This document shows, piece by piece, positions 29,838-39,678 of a stretch of DNA of 64,000 nucleotides. The stretch spans positions 8,362 through 72,361 of the forward strand of contig PBKN01000012.1 in the NCBI GenBank assembly GCA_002721445.1, given 5' to 3'. The notes below the pieces were generated by a model. The model worked only from the letters and a program-made list of their open reading frames with translations, had not been told where the DNA came from and did not search any database. The position numbers and the translations under genes are program-made. Positions within the stretch are counted from its first letter, which is position 1. The number at the start of each line of letters is the position of its first letter. Source of the stretch: Chloroflexota bacterium. Its GTDB lineage: Bacteria > Chloroflexota > Dehalococcoidia > Lucifugimonadales > GCA-002723415.

Positions 29838-30626
29838 CTATAACGATTTAATACAATCAGATTCAAGAGACTTTAATGGAGAAAAATCTCTGTTATTTTG
29901 ATACCAGGGTCTTGTAGCTTCTGTACAAGCATTACTTACAGCATTATAGTTCATATAAATTATTGACCTACTCCATGGGGAAACATTATTTGCTGATCCA
30001 TGCAAAACATTACAATGAACAAATGCAACTGATCCAGATGGACCAATTAATGGATCTATACCATATTTATTTGCTAAATTTTCTAATATATCATTAGTTA
30101 TATGATGTAATTCATAGCCTTTTCCTTCAGCATCTTTATGTAATGACGAAGTCAATAATCCTTCCTTATGGGAACCTGGTAAAACAAGTAGAGGAGATGT
30201 AACTGGGGTACAATCGTCAATAAAAATACTTGCCATAATACATTTAGGTTTTAACATTCCGTCAATTTTATGAAATGGAGGAAAATCTTGGTGCCAATCC
30301 CAAGAAGCACCAGATCCAAAACCTTGCTTAGGGTTTAACCTACTCTGGTGTAAATATACATTTTCATTTAATAACTGTCTAACAGGGTCTAAAATTTTTG
30401 GATGTAACGATAATCTGCGAAAAATTTCCGAATATACATGAACACCAAAAGCTAACCTTGTAGCAGAAATATCATGCTTTTCTCTAATTATTTCTGGACC
30501 TTTTCGGTTATATATATCAGGTAGCGCAGATTTTAATTTATTAATTTCATCAACATCGAGTAAAGAAGGAAAAAATAAATATCCTTTTTTATTATATTCT
30601 TGAACTTGTAACCCAGTTAAATTCAT
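29838..30626 (-). CDS. PhyH-family Fe(II)/2OG dioxygenase, ectoine-hydroxylase (EctD)-like
   Basis: 262 aa. WDWHQDFPPFHKIDGMLKPKCIMASIFIDD parallels the EctD signature region (WHSDFETWH.EDGMP). Distal HGSANN. Confidence 0.8.
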   Translation of the reverse strand: MNLTGLQVQEYNKKGYLFFPSLLDVDEINKLKSALPDIYNRKGPEIIREKHDISATRLAFGVHVYSEIFRRLSLHPKILDPVRQLLNENVYLHQSRLNPKQGFGSGASWDWHQDFPPFHKIDGMLKPKCIMASIFIDDCTPVTSPLLVLPGSHKEGLLTSSLHKDAEGKGYELHHITNDILENLANKYGIDPLIGPSGSVAFVHCNVLHGSANNVSPWSRSIIYMNYNAVSNACTEATRPWYQNNRDFSPLKSLESDCIKSL

Positions 30627-30672
30627 GGCTATTTATACCAACATAATTTTTGTTCAATGACTATCGAATGAA

Positions 30673-31767
30673 TTACTGTGTACATCCTCTGCCTGGAATA
30701 TCCCAGACTTCTTCAACTATTCCATTTCTAATACAAATATATTGATCCCATCTATTTACCAGCATATCTTGATAATGTGGTTCAAGTAATAATTTATCGC
30801 CAATAGCTAATGAGTCAGATTTATCTGTTGTAAACACAACATGATTTTCTCTAAACTTATCTACTTTAACATCAGGTCTTGAATATACCGTTGGGCCAAA
30901 TCCAGTCCAAGAATGAGCTAAAGTACCAACATCTCCAATAAATTTACAATCTGATGGATTACTTATTACTGTTGTAAGAATTTTATTTGCAAGTTTATAA
31001 CCCATATAATCATAAGTATGTCCCATTAATGCGTAACTACCACCTTCAACCTCAGTGACTCCAGGAATATCTGTTGCAACATCAATTGTAAAAGTCTCCC
31101 CACTTGAAACAATTTCTACTGGTATACCTTCTTGTTCTATAGCATTTTTAACATCTAAACAAATTTGTATAGTATCTCTTCCAACTTGCCATCTATCTTC
31201 CTGATCTATAAACTCCGGTAAAGATTGGTGACTCATAACTCCTTTAAATTTAACTCCTGGAAGATCTTGAGTTAATTTAGCAATTGCTACACCTTCTTCG
31301 TTACTCCTCACTCCGGCTCTACCCATTTGAGTGTCAACTTCTATTAATATACCTATTTCAACTGAATTTTTTGAAGCAATTGAAGAAATCATTTTGACAT
31401 TCTCGATATTATCTACACATACTTTTATATCAGCCTGCCTAGCTAACGCACACATACGAGAAATTTTATCAGAGTGTACAACTTGGTTAGGTATTAATAC
31501 ATCATTTATACCACCTTCAACCATAACTTCAGCTTCAGATAATTTTGCTGTACAAACACCACCAACAGTTCCACCTTTATTTATTTGCCTCAAAGCTAAT
31601 CTTGGGCTTTTGATATTTTTCGTATGTTGTCTCATTTTACAATCTGTATCTTTATAAAGATCAGAAACTGATTGCAAATTATAATCTAGTGCATCAAGAT
31701 CAACAATTAAAGAAGGTGTATCTAAATCTTCTAACAAAGTTCCAGGTAATGGCCTATAATTATCCAT
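30673..31767 (-). CDS. Fold-type III PLP enzyme, D-threonine aldolase / D-serine (3-hydroxyaspartate) dehydratase DSD1-like
   Basis: 364 aa. DTPSLIVDLDALDYNL N-terminus. RQHTKNIKSP matches the RPHaKtHKcP PLP-lysine motif. GGSYALM. Confidence 0.75.
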   Translation of the reverse strand: MDNYRPLPGTLLEDLDTPSLIVDLDALDYNLQSVSDLYKDTDCKMRQHTKNIKSPRLALRQINKGGTVGGVCTAKLSEAEVMVEGGINDVLIPNQVVHSDKISRMCALARQADIKVCVDNIENVKMISSIASKNSVEIGILIEVDTQMGRAGVRSNEEGVAIAKLTQDLPGVKFKGVMSHQSLPEFIDQEDRWQVGRDTIQICLDVKNAIEQEGIPVEIVSSGETFTIDVATDIPGVTEVEGGSYALMGHTYDYMGYKLANKILTTVISNPSDCKFIGDVGTLAHSWTGFGPTVYSRPDVKVDKFRENHVVFTTDKSDSLAIGDKLLLEPHYQDMLVNRWDQYICIRNGIVEEVWDIPGRGCTQ

Positions 31768-31788
31768 ATATACTCTCCTCTAAATTAT

Positions 31789-32925
31789 TTAACGATAATG
31801 CCCTCGAGCTGGCAAATCCCAAATAGATTCTAAGCATCCGTTTCTGATACCAAAAATATAATCATGTAAATTAACACATGAAGTAATATCATAAGGAATA
31901 CACCAAATCCTATCTCCTAAATTTAAATTTTTGTTTCCCCAGTCAAATGCTATATTTCCATGCTCAGCACTAAGCCCTTTAACAATTAATCCAGGTAAAG
32001 TTGCTTCAGGAGAACCTAGGTCAGCTCCAATAGCCTTTCTGCCTCCATCTGTGATTATTGTTTTTGGTGCGGGTAAACTTGTTATACAGGTCATAACGCT
32101 TGCAGCGTTTTTAAATTCTGTTCTTAAAACTTTATATTTAGCATCCATCAATGCGTAAGATCCAGCAATAATATCAGTTACTCCTGAAATAGATGCTACA
32201 TCTTGATAATCATAAGTACATCCATACACTACAGAATTAACTTCTATGCCTTTAGTTTCAATTTGTTCACGAAAATTTAAAATTGTTTGAACAAATTGAA
32301 TAGAATCATTATTTATTTTATTAAATTCTAATTTATTATATATATTATTTTCTGGTAAACTTTCTGACACATAATTATTTATGAATTTACCAAACAAACC
32401 TGTAAAATTTATTGCAGGCAATTTCTGGATATCTTGACACATCTTCTCAGCATTATCTCCTGGTTCTACTCCTAAGCTATCAGTTGAAGAACTAATAACA
32501 AGAAGTAAATTAAGTTCTACCCCAGCAGAGGTAGCAGCAGCTGACAAATCAGCTATATTTGATGTATTATCTACTAATAAAGTAATATTTGAATTTTTAG
32601 CTAAAGCACAAAGGCGATTAATTTTACGTTTATTATAAATAATATTTGCAATCAAAACATCATTTAGTCCATGTTCAATAAAAACCTCAGCTTGTCCTAA
32701 GGTAGATACAGTAATACCTGAAGTAGAAGAATATTTAATTTGTTTATGAGCTATTGCAGGAGATCCATGAGCGCCAATATAAGGCTTTATATTTAACCCT
32801 TTAGATTCCACAAATCTGTTCATATAAGCTAAGTTATAATCAAGAGAATCTAAATCTACCATTAGTCCAGGTGTATCAAGTTCAATTTCTTTTGTACCTA
32901 TATCTTTAAATATTGGTCTTTCCAT
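31789..32925 (-). CDS. DSD1/D-threonine-aldolase-like paralog, apparently lacking the PLP lysine
   Basis: 378 aa. DTPGLMVDLDSLDYNL and AGSYALM are conserved with the neighbour, but the PLP-lysine motif reads KPYIGAHGSP, with both Lys positions replaced by Gly. Confidence 0.7.
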   Translation of the reverse strand: MERPIFKDIGTKEIELDTPGLMVDLDSLDYNLAYMNRFVESKGLNIKPYIGAHGSPAIAHKQIKYSSTSGITVSTLGQAEVFIEHGLNDVLIANIIYNKRKINRLCALAKNSNITLLVDNTSNIADLSAAATSAGVELNLLLVISSSTDSLGVEPGDNAEKMCQDIQKLPAINFTGLFGKFINNYVSESLPENNIYNKLEFNKINNDSIQFVQTILNFREQIETKGIEVNSVVYGCTYDYQDVASISGVTDIIAGSYALMDAKYKVLRTEFKNAASVMTCITSLPAPKTIITDGGRKAIGADLGSPEATLPGLIVKGLSAEHGNIAFDWGNKNLNLGDRIWCIPYDITSCVNLHDYIFGIRNGCLESIWDLPARGHYR

Positions 32926-33071
32926 TTAAAATTTTCCTTATTTAATTTAAAGAAACAACAAATAGGAGATTAACATAAATAACTCGATAAATAAATCCCT
33001 CTTGACGAAAAATAATTAATATTTAAAAATAATCCTATAATTAATTATTTTATGGATGTTTTTTCTGCACA

Positions 33072-33611
33072 ATGCTAGATTTTGAATTAATTAAAAATGA
33101 GAATATAGTAAAAAAAATAGATGTATCAAATAAAAATGAATTTTCTGATACATTACTACTAACAAATAAACGTTTAATTAAAATAAAAAAAGAAAAATAT
33201 AAAACTCAATTAAATATTATACCTATTGAAGACGTCCAAGAAGTCGAATGCAATTCGATTTTACCTAATTCTAAATCAATGATTTGGAGTATAACAGCAT
33301 TTTTAACAGGATTATTACTATATTTAGCTTTTAAAGAAACAATGTTAGGTATCCTATTTTTTCTTTTTTTAATATCACTTGGAATTTACTTAATAGTAGA
33401 TCATTTAAGTTCAAAAAAATATCAAAAATTAATATTTAAGACAATATCTAACAATATAACCATTGAATATACAATTGATAAAGACCGCTTAGAATTCAAT
33501 GCTAAAAATTATATACAATTATTTTTTAAACTCCGCTGGCAGTTACTACATGAAAATTCATTAAAAATAAATAAACCTAACCGTAAACAAATTTTTTCAA
33601 GATATCAATGA
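33072..33611 (+). CDS. Membrane protein with bacterial PH-like (bPH) N-terminal segment
   Basis: 179 aa. LLLTNKRLIKIKK resembles the bPH motif. Two central TM helices. Function unknown. Confidence 0.5.
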   Translation: MLDFELIKNENIVKKIDVSNKNEFSDTLLLTNKRLIKIKKEKYKTQLNIIPIEDVQEVECNSILPNSKSMIWSITAFLTGLLLYLAFKETMLGILFFLFLISLGIYLIVDHLSSKKYQKLIFKTISNNITIEYTIDKDRLEFNAKNYIQLFFKLRWQLLHENSLKINKPNRKQIFSRYQ

Positions 33612-33662
33612 AATAATAAAACTATCCTTATGGCCATACTTAAAGATACTAATCATATTTTA

Positions 33663-34691
33663 CTAATTAGAATCAATTCTCAAGCTTGGATATACGTCTA
33701 AATCCCATTGGTAAGTTAAATTATTTTTCAATCTAAAATATGCAGCTGATGCAATCATAGCTCCATTATCAGTACATAAAGATGGTCTAGGAATAAGTAA
33801 TTCAATTGGAGATTCTTTTTTAAATACATTTCTTAATAATTGATTAGATGCGACACCTCCACCTATAATCAATCCCTTAGCTTTAAATCTTTTAACTGCA
33901 TTAATTGTATTTTTCACTATAGTATCAACAATAGCTTCTTGAAATGACTTAGCAATATCCGCAATTTTTTGATCTACATCATTATCATCTTTCTTTGGAT
34001 AAACCCCCATTGATTCAGCGCGTCTTACGACTGAAGTTTTCAAACCACTAAAACTAAAATCCATGGAATTTTTAACCTTTGGACGGGGAAATGCAGGATC
34101 CAATAAATTACCTGACTCAGAAATCTTTTGAATCTCTGGACCTCCAGGGAAACCTAATCCTAAAACTCTAGCCACTTTATCGAAAACTTCTCCAGCAGCA
34201 TCATCTCTAGACCTAGCAATAATCTGAAAATCTCCATGACCTTTCATTAAAATCAAATCTGTATGTCCTCCTGAAACAACTAAAGAAATAATAGGGAAAC
34301 CTGGCTTTTCTTTTAGCTCGATATCTTCTAAGCATGTTGCATATATATGACCTTCAATATGATTTATTCCAATAAAAGGTAATCCTGAAGCAATTGCCAT
34401 AGATTTTGCAGTATTTACTCCAATCAATAATGACCCAGCTAAACCAGGACCATATGTAACAGATACAGCATCTATGTCATTTAAATTCATTCTTGCTTCA
34501 TTTAATGCTTTATTTATCCCAGGAATAATCTTTACAATATGCTCTCTTGAAGCTACTTCAGGTATAATCCCTCCAAATTCTGAATGCATATCAGCTTGAG
34601 AAAATACAATATTTGAAATTATATTTCTACCATCTTCAACAATCCCAACTGCGGTATCATCGCATGAAGTTTCTATACCTAATATTTTCAT
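33663..34691 (-). CDS. tsaD: tRNA N6-adenosine threonylcarbamoyltransferase
   Basis: 342 aa. ILGIETSCDDTA, HIEGH and GGVASN motifs. Confidence 0.95.
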   Translation of the reverse strand: MKILGIETSCDDTAVGIVEDGRNIISNIVFSQADMHSEFGGIIPEVASREHIVKIIPGINKALNEARMNLNDIDAVSVTYGPGLAGSLLIGVNTAKSMAIASGLPFIGINHIEGHIYATCLEDIELKEKPGFPIISLVVSGGHTDLILMKGHGDFQIIARSRDDAAGEVFDKVARVLGLGFPGGPEIQKISESGNLLDPAFPRPKVKNSMDFSFSGLKTSVVRRAESMGVYPKKDDNDVDQKIADIAKSFQEAIVDTIVKNTINAVKRFKAKGLIIGGGVASNQLLRNVFKKESPIELLIPRPSLCTDNGAMIASAAYFRLKNNLTYQWDLDVYPSLRIDSN

Positions 34692-35821
34692 AATTGATTA
34701 CCTTTATAATATTTATCAGAAAAAACTTCATGTGGTAAAAAAGATTTTCGACTAGACCCATATTTATAATCTATACCTCTGGTTGTAACAACACTTATAG
34801 AGGTATAAAAATCGCTCTCCCCACTAACTCCACTACCATTTCCTCCACCATGCCCTCTTAACCATTGAGGATCAATTAATTGAATCCCTTTCCAATTTCC
34901 ATTTGTAGCTAACAAGTGCCCAAATCTAGCTAAATCAGAAGCACTTATTACGATCCAACCTGGTCCACTCCTCACAGGTATACTATTTATAGTATATGGT
35001 GGGTCTAAATATGTATATGAATCTGGAATATTAGGATAAAAATATTTTTGAGATTTTACATATTCACCAGTATACCAATCCCAATTATTAGATTTGATTC
35101 CAATTTTTGAAAATAGCCGTTCATCAACGACATCTTTTAGGTCTCTATTCCAAAGAGAAGTCAATGCTTGCCCTAGCCTCCAAAAACCTGCACTACTATA
35201 TACTCCTTCAGTACCTGGTTCTATATGAGCATACAAATCATATGAAGGGTCGCCAGTCCATGTGCTCCAATTTGGTATTCCATATATACTTTTATCGTCT
35301 TCTAATCCAGTTCGTTTTTCTTTCCACCTTATTCCCATTTCCATTGGAAATCCTCCAAAATGTAAATCACCATATTTATATCCAATAATATGCCTCCAGC
35401 TTAAGTTTTTATGATAACCTTGGTCTAAATATTTGTGAGAATGTGATAGCTCACCTTCACCAGTCCAGGTTTTATATATGAGATCATCAGGATCTATAAG
35501 TCCATCCTCTATTGCACAGCCTATTAAAACCCAACATAAAGCTTTTCCTACAGATGCTGTGTGGAATCTGTAATTTCTATCACCCCATTCATGTATTATA
35601 TAGCCACCTCTAGTAATGACAGTACCAAATTTATTATCACAATGATCTTCTCCTCCAAAATTTGCACCTTTAACATTAAGGGTACTGATCCAAGTATTAA
35701 ATATACTAGGATTGATGCCTAATTTATCTAAATTTTTTAAATCCCAATCTTCATCAGGAAATGTAACCCAATCAGGTATTTTCTTGAGTTTCACAGATAA
35801 TCCTTTAATAAAAAGTACCAC
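34688..35821 (-). CDS. Serine hydrolase, beta-lactamase/transpeptidase-like
   Basis: SxxK motif in FHTASVGKALCW. ATGA overlap with the tsaD start. Possible internal GTG start at 35794 after AAGGA. Confidence 0.6.
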   Translation of the reverse strand: MVLFIKGLSVKLKKIPDWVTFPDEDWDLKNLDKLGINPSIFNTWISTLNVKGANFGGEDHCDNKFGTVITRGGYIIHEWGDRNYRFHTASVGKALCWVLIGCAIEDGLIDPDDLIYKTWTGEGELSHSHKYLDQGYHKNLSWRHIIGYKYGDLHFGGFPMEMGIRWKEKRTGLEDDKSIYGIPNWSTWTGDPSYDLYAHIEPGTEGVYSSAGFWRLGQALTSLWNRDLKDVVDERLFSKIGIKSNNWDWYTGEYVKSQKYFYPNIPDSYTYLDPPYTINSIPVRSGPGWIVISASDLARFGHLLATNGNWKGIQLIDPQWLRGHGGGNGSGVSGESDFYTSISVVTTRGIDYKYGSSRKSFLPHEVFSDKYYKGNQL

Positions 35822-35830
35822 TCAATATAA

Positions 35831-36499
35831 TTAATAATTCAGAACAGCTTTGATATTCATAATATTGTCTTTAATCGGAAAATCATTTCCCAAAATTGCA
35901 GATCCAGCAACTAATAAATTGGCACCAGACTGTGAGACCATGGGGGCAGTTTCTAAATTGATTCCTCCATCTACACCTATATCAATATCAAGATCTAATT
36001 CATCTATTTCTAATCTAAGTTTGTTTATTTTTTCCAGACTAGACGGTATAAATTTCTGCCCTCCAAAGCCCGGGTTAACTGACATAATTAATATTTCATC
36101 TACATCCGAAAGAATGGGTTTGATTAAATCTATTGAAGTTGCAGGATTTATAGCTATGCCAACTTCAATCCCCAATTCTTTAATTTGAAATATTGATTTA
36201 CGAATATCAATACAAGCTTCCAAATGAATAATAATTCTATCAGATCCAGCATTTACAAAATCAGGTATAAGTTTATCTGGACTATTCACCATCATATGAA
36301 CATGAAATGGTAAGTTTGTAAAAGGTCGAATAGATTCTACTACTACAGAACCAATAGTAATATTTGGAACAAAATGACCATCCATTACATCAATATGTAT
36401 ATTGTCTATGTCATATTTATTCAATTCAGTAATTTGATGTCCTAAAGAACTAAAATCAGCAGATAAAATTGATGGGGCTAATTTAATATCTTTAGACAT
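35831..36499 (-). CDS. rpe: Ribulose-phosphate 3-epimerase
   Basis: APSILSADF, HIDVMDGHFVPN and MSVNPGFGGQKF motifs. ATG 36499 (GAGGA 8 nt upstream) gives 222 aa and an 8-nt overlap with the argH stop. Confidence 0.93.
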   Translation of the reverse strand: MSKDIKLAPSILSADFSSLGHQITELNKYDIDNIHIDVMDGHFVPNITIGSVVVESIRPFTNLPFHVHMMVNSPDKLIPDFVNAGSDRIIIHLEACIDIRKSIFQIKELGIEVGIAINPATSIDLIKPILSDVDEILIMSVNPGFGGQKFIPSSLEKINKLRLEIDELDLDIDIGVDGGINLETAPMVSQSGANLLVAGSAILGNDFPIKDNIMNIKAVLNY

Positions 36500-37832
36500 A
36501 TCCTTCATCCTCAAGTAGGTTTTTTGCATTCAAAATTGATTCTTCAACTTGATTGTATGAAGTACCTCCTGGAATATCTCTGGATGAAATAGATTTTTCT
36601 AAATTAATTTCTAAAACATCACTATCAAATAAATCACTCAACTCTTTATAACTTGATAATGGAAGTTCACTAAATTTTTTACCTTTACTACTTGCTATAG
36701 AACTTAATTTAGAAACTATAGAATGAGCCTCTCTAAATGGCATCCCTTTATTAACTAAATAATCAGCAATATCAGTAGCTAAAATATTGCCTTGATCTGT
36801 GGCTAAAATCATATTTTTTGAATTAATTTTTATATTAACAATTAAGTCAGCCAACACATATAAAGTAGACAAAAGAGTATCTGAAGTATCAAAAAAAGGT
36901 ATTTTATCTTCTTGCATATCACGATTATATGTTAAAGGAAGAGATTTCATTATAGTTAATAAAGAAATTAGCCCTCCATAAACACGCCCAGTCTTACCTC
37001 TTGCTAATTCTAAAAAGTCTGGATTACGTTTCTGAGGCATTATACTACTACCAGTAATATAATCTTCACTTATTTCTATAAATTTAAATTCTTCAGAATT
37101 CCATATAATCAATTCTTCAGACAATCTAGAAATGTGCATCATGCATATAGAAGCAGCTGACTGAAAATCTAGTAGAAAGTCTCTATCAGACACTGCATCC
37201 ATACTATTTACTGTTAAAGAACTAAACCCTAACTCTTCTGCAACTGATTGCCTGTCAATGGGATAAGGGACTCCAGCTAAAGCACCACTACCAAGAGGTA
37301 AAACGTCTACTCTCTTATATGTCTCAAGAAATCTTTGATAATCCCTGTTAAACATTTGGAAATATGCCATCATGTGATGTGAAAAAAGTACCGGCTGAGC
37401 TCTTTGTAAATGAGTGTATCCAGGCAAAATAATTCTAGAATTTAATTCTGAAATTTTTATAAAAGAGTTTCTTAATAATTTTAAAGCTGAAAATACATCT
37501 TTAATAACATCTTTAACATACATACGTAAATCTAAAGCAATTTGATCATTTCTTGACCTTGCTGTATGCAACTTACCGGCTACATCTCCAATCTTTATAA
37601 AAAGCCTATTCTCTATATTCATATGAATATCTTCAAGTTCGTCTTTCCATGGGAAATCCCCTGATTCAATTTCAATTTTAATTTCCATTAAACCATTAAC
37701 AATTTGAGAAGCTTCTTTTTCTTTTATTATAGATTGCTTAGATAACATATTTACATGAGCTATTGAACCTTGTATGTCTTGTTTATATAAACGCTTATCA
37801 AATTTTATAGAAGATGTATAATCAGATTTCAT
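36492..37832 (-). CDS. argH: Argininosuccinate lyase
   Basis: 446 aa. TGSSIMPQKRNPD signature and TARSRNDQ. The N-terminus is short: no LWGGRF segment, and the upstream 57 nt are AT-rich non-coding. Confidence 0.93.
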   Translation of the reverse strand: MKSDYTSSIKFDKRLYKQDIQGSIAHVNMLSKQSIIKEKEASQIVNGLMEIKIEIESGDFPWKDELEDIHMNIENRLFIKIGDVAGKLHTARSRNDQIALDLRMYVKDVIKDVFSALKLLRNSFIKISELNSRIILPGYTHLQRAQPVLFSHHMMAYFQMFNRDYQRFLETYKRVDVLPLGSGALAGVPYPIDRQSVAEELGFSSLTVNSMDAVSDRDFLLDFQSAASICMMHISRLSEELIIWNSEEFKFIEISEDYITGSSIMPQKRNPDFLELARGKTGRVYGGLISLLTIMKSLPLTYNRDMQEDKIPFFDTSDTLLSTLYVLADLIVNIKINSKNMILATDQGNILATDIADYLVNKGMPFREAHSIVSKLSSIASSKGKKFSELPLSSYKELSDLFDSDVLEINLEKSISSRDIPGGTSYNQVEESILNAKNLLEDEGYV

Positions 37833-37889
37833 TTCAACTCTTTTTTTTAATAAAAATATATATATAAATTATATAATAAATTTTCCAAC

Positions 37890-38363
37890 CTATTCTACAT
37901 GTTTTTTGGGAACAAGAAACCTTCTTCGTAGTGATATAACTTTATCTTTGTTTTGATTTTCACCTATAGTTTCTAAATAAACTATTCCTCTATCAGTTTT
38001 AGTCTTACTCAAAACAACGTCTAAAATAGTACTTATAGCGTAAAGTGTATCCCCTTGAAATACGGGCTTGTAATGTACTATATTCTCATATTCTAGGTTT
38101 GCAATAGCTTTACCTGAGATATCTTTAACACTCATTCCCACTATTAAGCTGAAAACTAATGTACCAACAACAAGAATTTTTTTATGTTGATGCTTAGTCA
38201 TATAATGTTCATCAATATGTAATGGATTATGATTCATTGTTAACAATGAAAATAGATGGTTATCCATTTCAGTAATAGTTTTGCCAGGCCAATGTTTGAA
38301 AACATCCCCAGTTACAAAATCTTCAAAATACCCGCCAAAATCATTCTTTGATTCATGAATCAT
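37890..38363 (-). CDS. MaoC-like hotdog-fold (R)-specific enoyl-CoA hydratase/dehydratase
   Basis: 157 aa. FSLLTMNHNPLHIDEHY hydratase-2 motif region and a single hotdog domain. Confidence 0.8.
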   Translation of the reverse strand: MIHESKNDFGGYFEDFVTGDVFKHWPGKTITEMDNHLFSLLTMNHNPLHIDEHYMTKHQHKKILVVGTLVFSLIVGMSVKDISGKAIANLEYENIVHYKPVFQGDTLYAISTILDVVLSKTKTDRGIVYLETIGENQNKDKVISLRRRFLVPKKHVE

Positions 38364-38394
38364 TATTTACTCTCTGAATATAATAAATTGAAAA

Positions 38395-39675
38395 TTACTT
38401 ATCAATAAATGGTCTTTGCTTTAGCCCAAAATTCTTAGCTGAAATTCCTAAAATCTTCACAAAACCTTCTGCGTCAAAATGATCATAATTGCCAATTCCT
38501 TCCATTGAAGAATCATCCGTATATAAAGAATATGGAATAGAATTTTCTGTTTTTTCAATATATTCAAAATAAATATTGCCTTTATATATACGAATATATA
38601 TAGTCCCAGTAGAAAAATAATTAATTTTATTTAACATATCTAAAGCTGCAGAAGTAGTAAGATCAAGCCAGTAACCCTGATATACTTGAGTACTAATTGT
38701 ATTCGATAAAAATTCAAATAACTCTCTAGCTCTTCTATCTAATATAAATTGAAGTAAATACTCATATGATTTCCCTAAAATTTCCATTCCTGGTGATTCA
38801 TAAATACCTCTAGATTTAATTCCTACAAATCTATTTTCTACAACATGTGTTCCAATACCTACTCCATGCTTACTTCCAATTGTATTTGAAACATCAAATA
38901 TAGACACTAAGTCCAACTTTTCTCCATTTATTGATACAGGAACTCCCTTGTCCCACTCAATAGAAATAATTTCATACTTATCTTCAGCTTCCCATGGCCA
39001 TACACCCATTCCCGGCTTCACAAAGAAAGGAGATATAGTTACATCTTCTAGATCTCCTGCTTCATGCGTTAGGCCTAAAAAATTAGCATCAGTTGAATAT
39101 TTTGATTCTGACTTTGATTTAATTGGAAGAGAATTAGAGATACAATAATCAAGCATTTCATTACGTCCCGGAAATTCTTCTAAAAATTCCGGGTCTCTCC
39201 AAGGAGCATAAACTTCAACATTTGGATACAACATGTTTGAAGCTAATTGAAACCTAACTTGATCATTTCCTCTACCTGTAGCACCATGAAATAATGTTTC
39301 AATATTCTTATTATACATAGAAGATAAAATCAATTTAGTAGTTATAGGCCTTGCTATACCTGTAGTATTCCAATATCCTCCTTCATATTTAGCTTGAGAT
39401 TGTATCATTTTCAATCCAGCTTCAGCGAGTTCTTTTCTACCAGATATTATCTGTGCTGACTTTGCTCCACAATCTAGCATACGAGATTTTACAGTATCTA
39501 AATTTTCTTCATCTGGCTGACCTAGATCAACAGTATATGTGTGAATCTCAAACCCTTTTTGAGATAACCAATGAGTAACAGTACAACTATCTAATCCTCC
39601 AGAAACAGCACCAGCAATTTTTAAAGACTTAGATTTTAATTCTTTCCAATTCAAATCAACCTCTCTAGTTATCAC
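38395..39675 (-). CDS. argG: Argininosuccinate synthase
   Basis: 426 aa. AVSGGLDSC PP-loop, HGATGRGNDQVRF and ENRFVGIKSRGIYE. Confidence 0.93.
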   Translation of the reverse strand: MITREVDLNWKELKSKSLKIAGAVSGGLDSCTVTHWLSQKGFEIHTYTVDLGQPDEENLDTVKSRMLDCGAKSAQIISGRKELAEAGLKMIQSQAKYEGGYWNTTGIARPITTKLILSSMYNKNIETLFHGATGRGNDQVRFQLASNMLYPNVEVYAPWRDPEFLEEFPGRNEMLDYCISNSLPIKSKSESKYSTDANFLGLTHEAGDLEDVTISPFFVKPGMGVWPWEAEDKYEIISIEWDKGVPVSINGEKLDLVSIFDVSNTIGSKHGVGIGTHVVENRFVGIKSRGIYESPGMEILGKSYEYLLQFILDRRARELFEFLSNTISTQVYQGYWLDLTTSAALDMLNKINYFSTGTIYIRIYKGNIYFEYIEKTENSIPYSLYTDDSSMEGIGNYDHFDAEGFVKILGISAKNFGLKQRPFIDK

Positions 39676-39678
39676 ATA

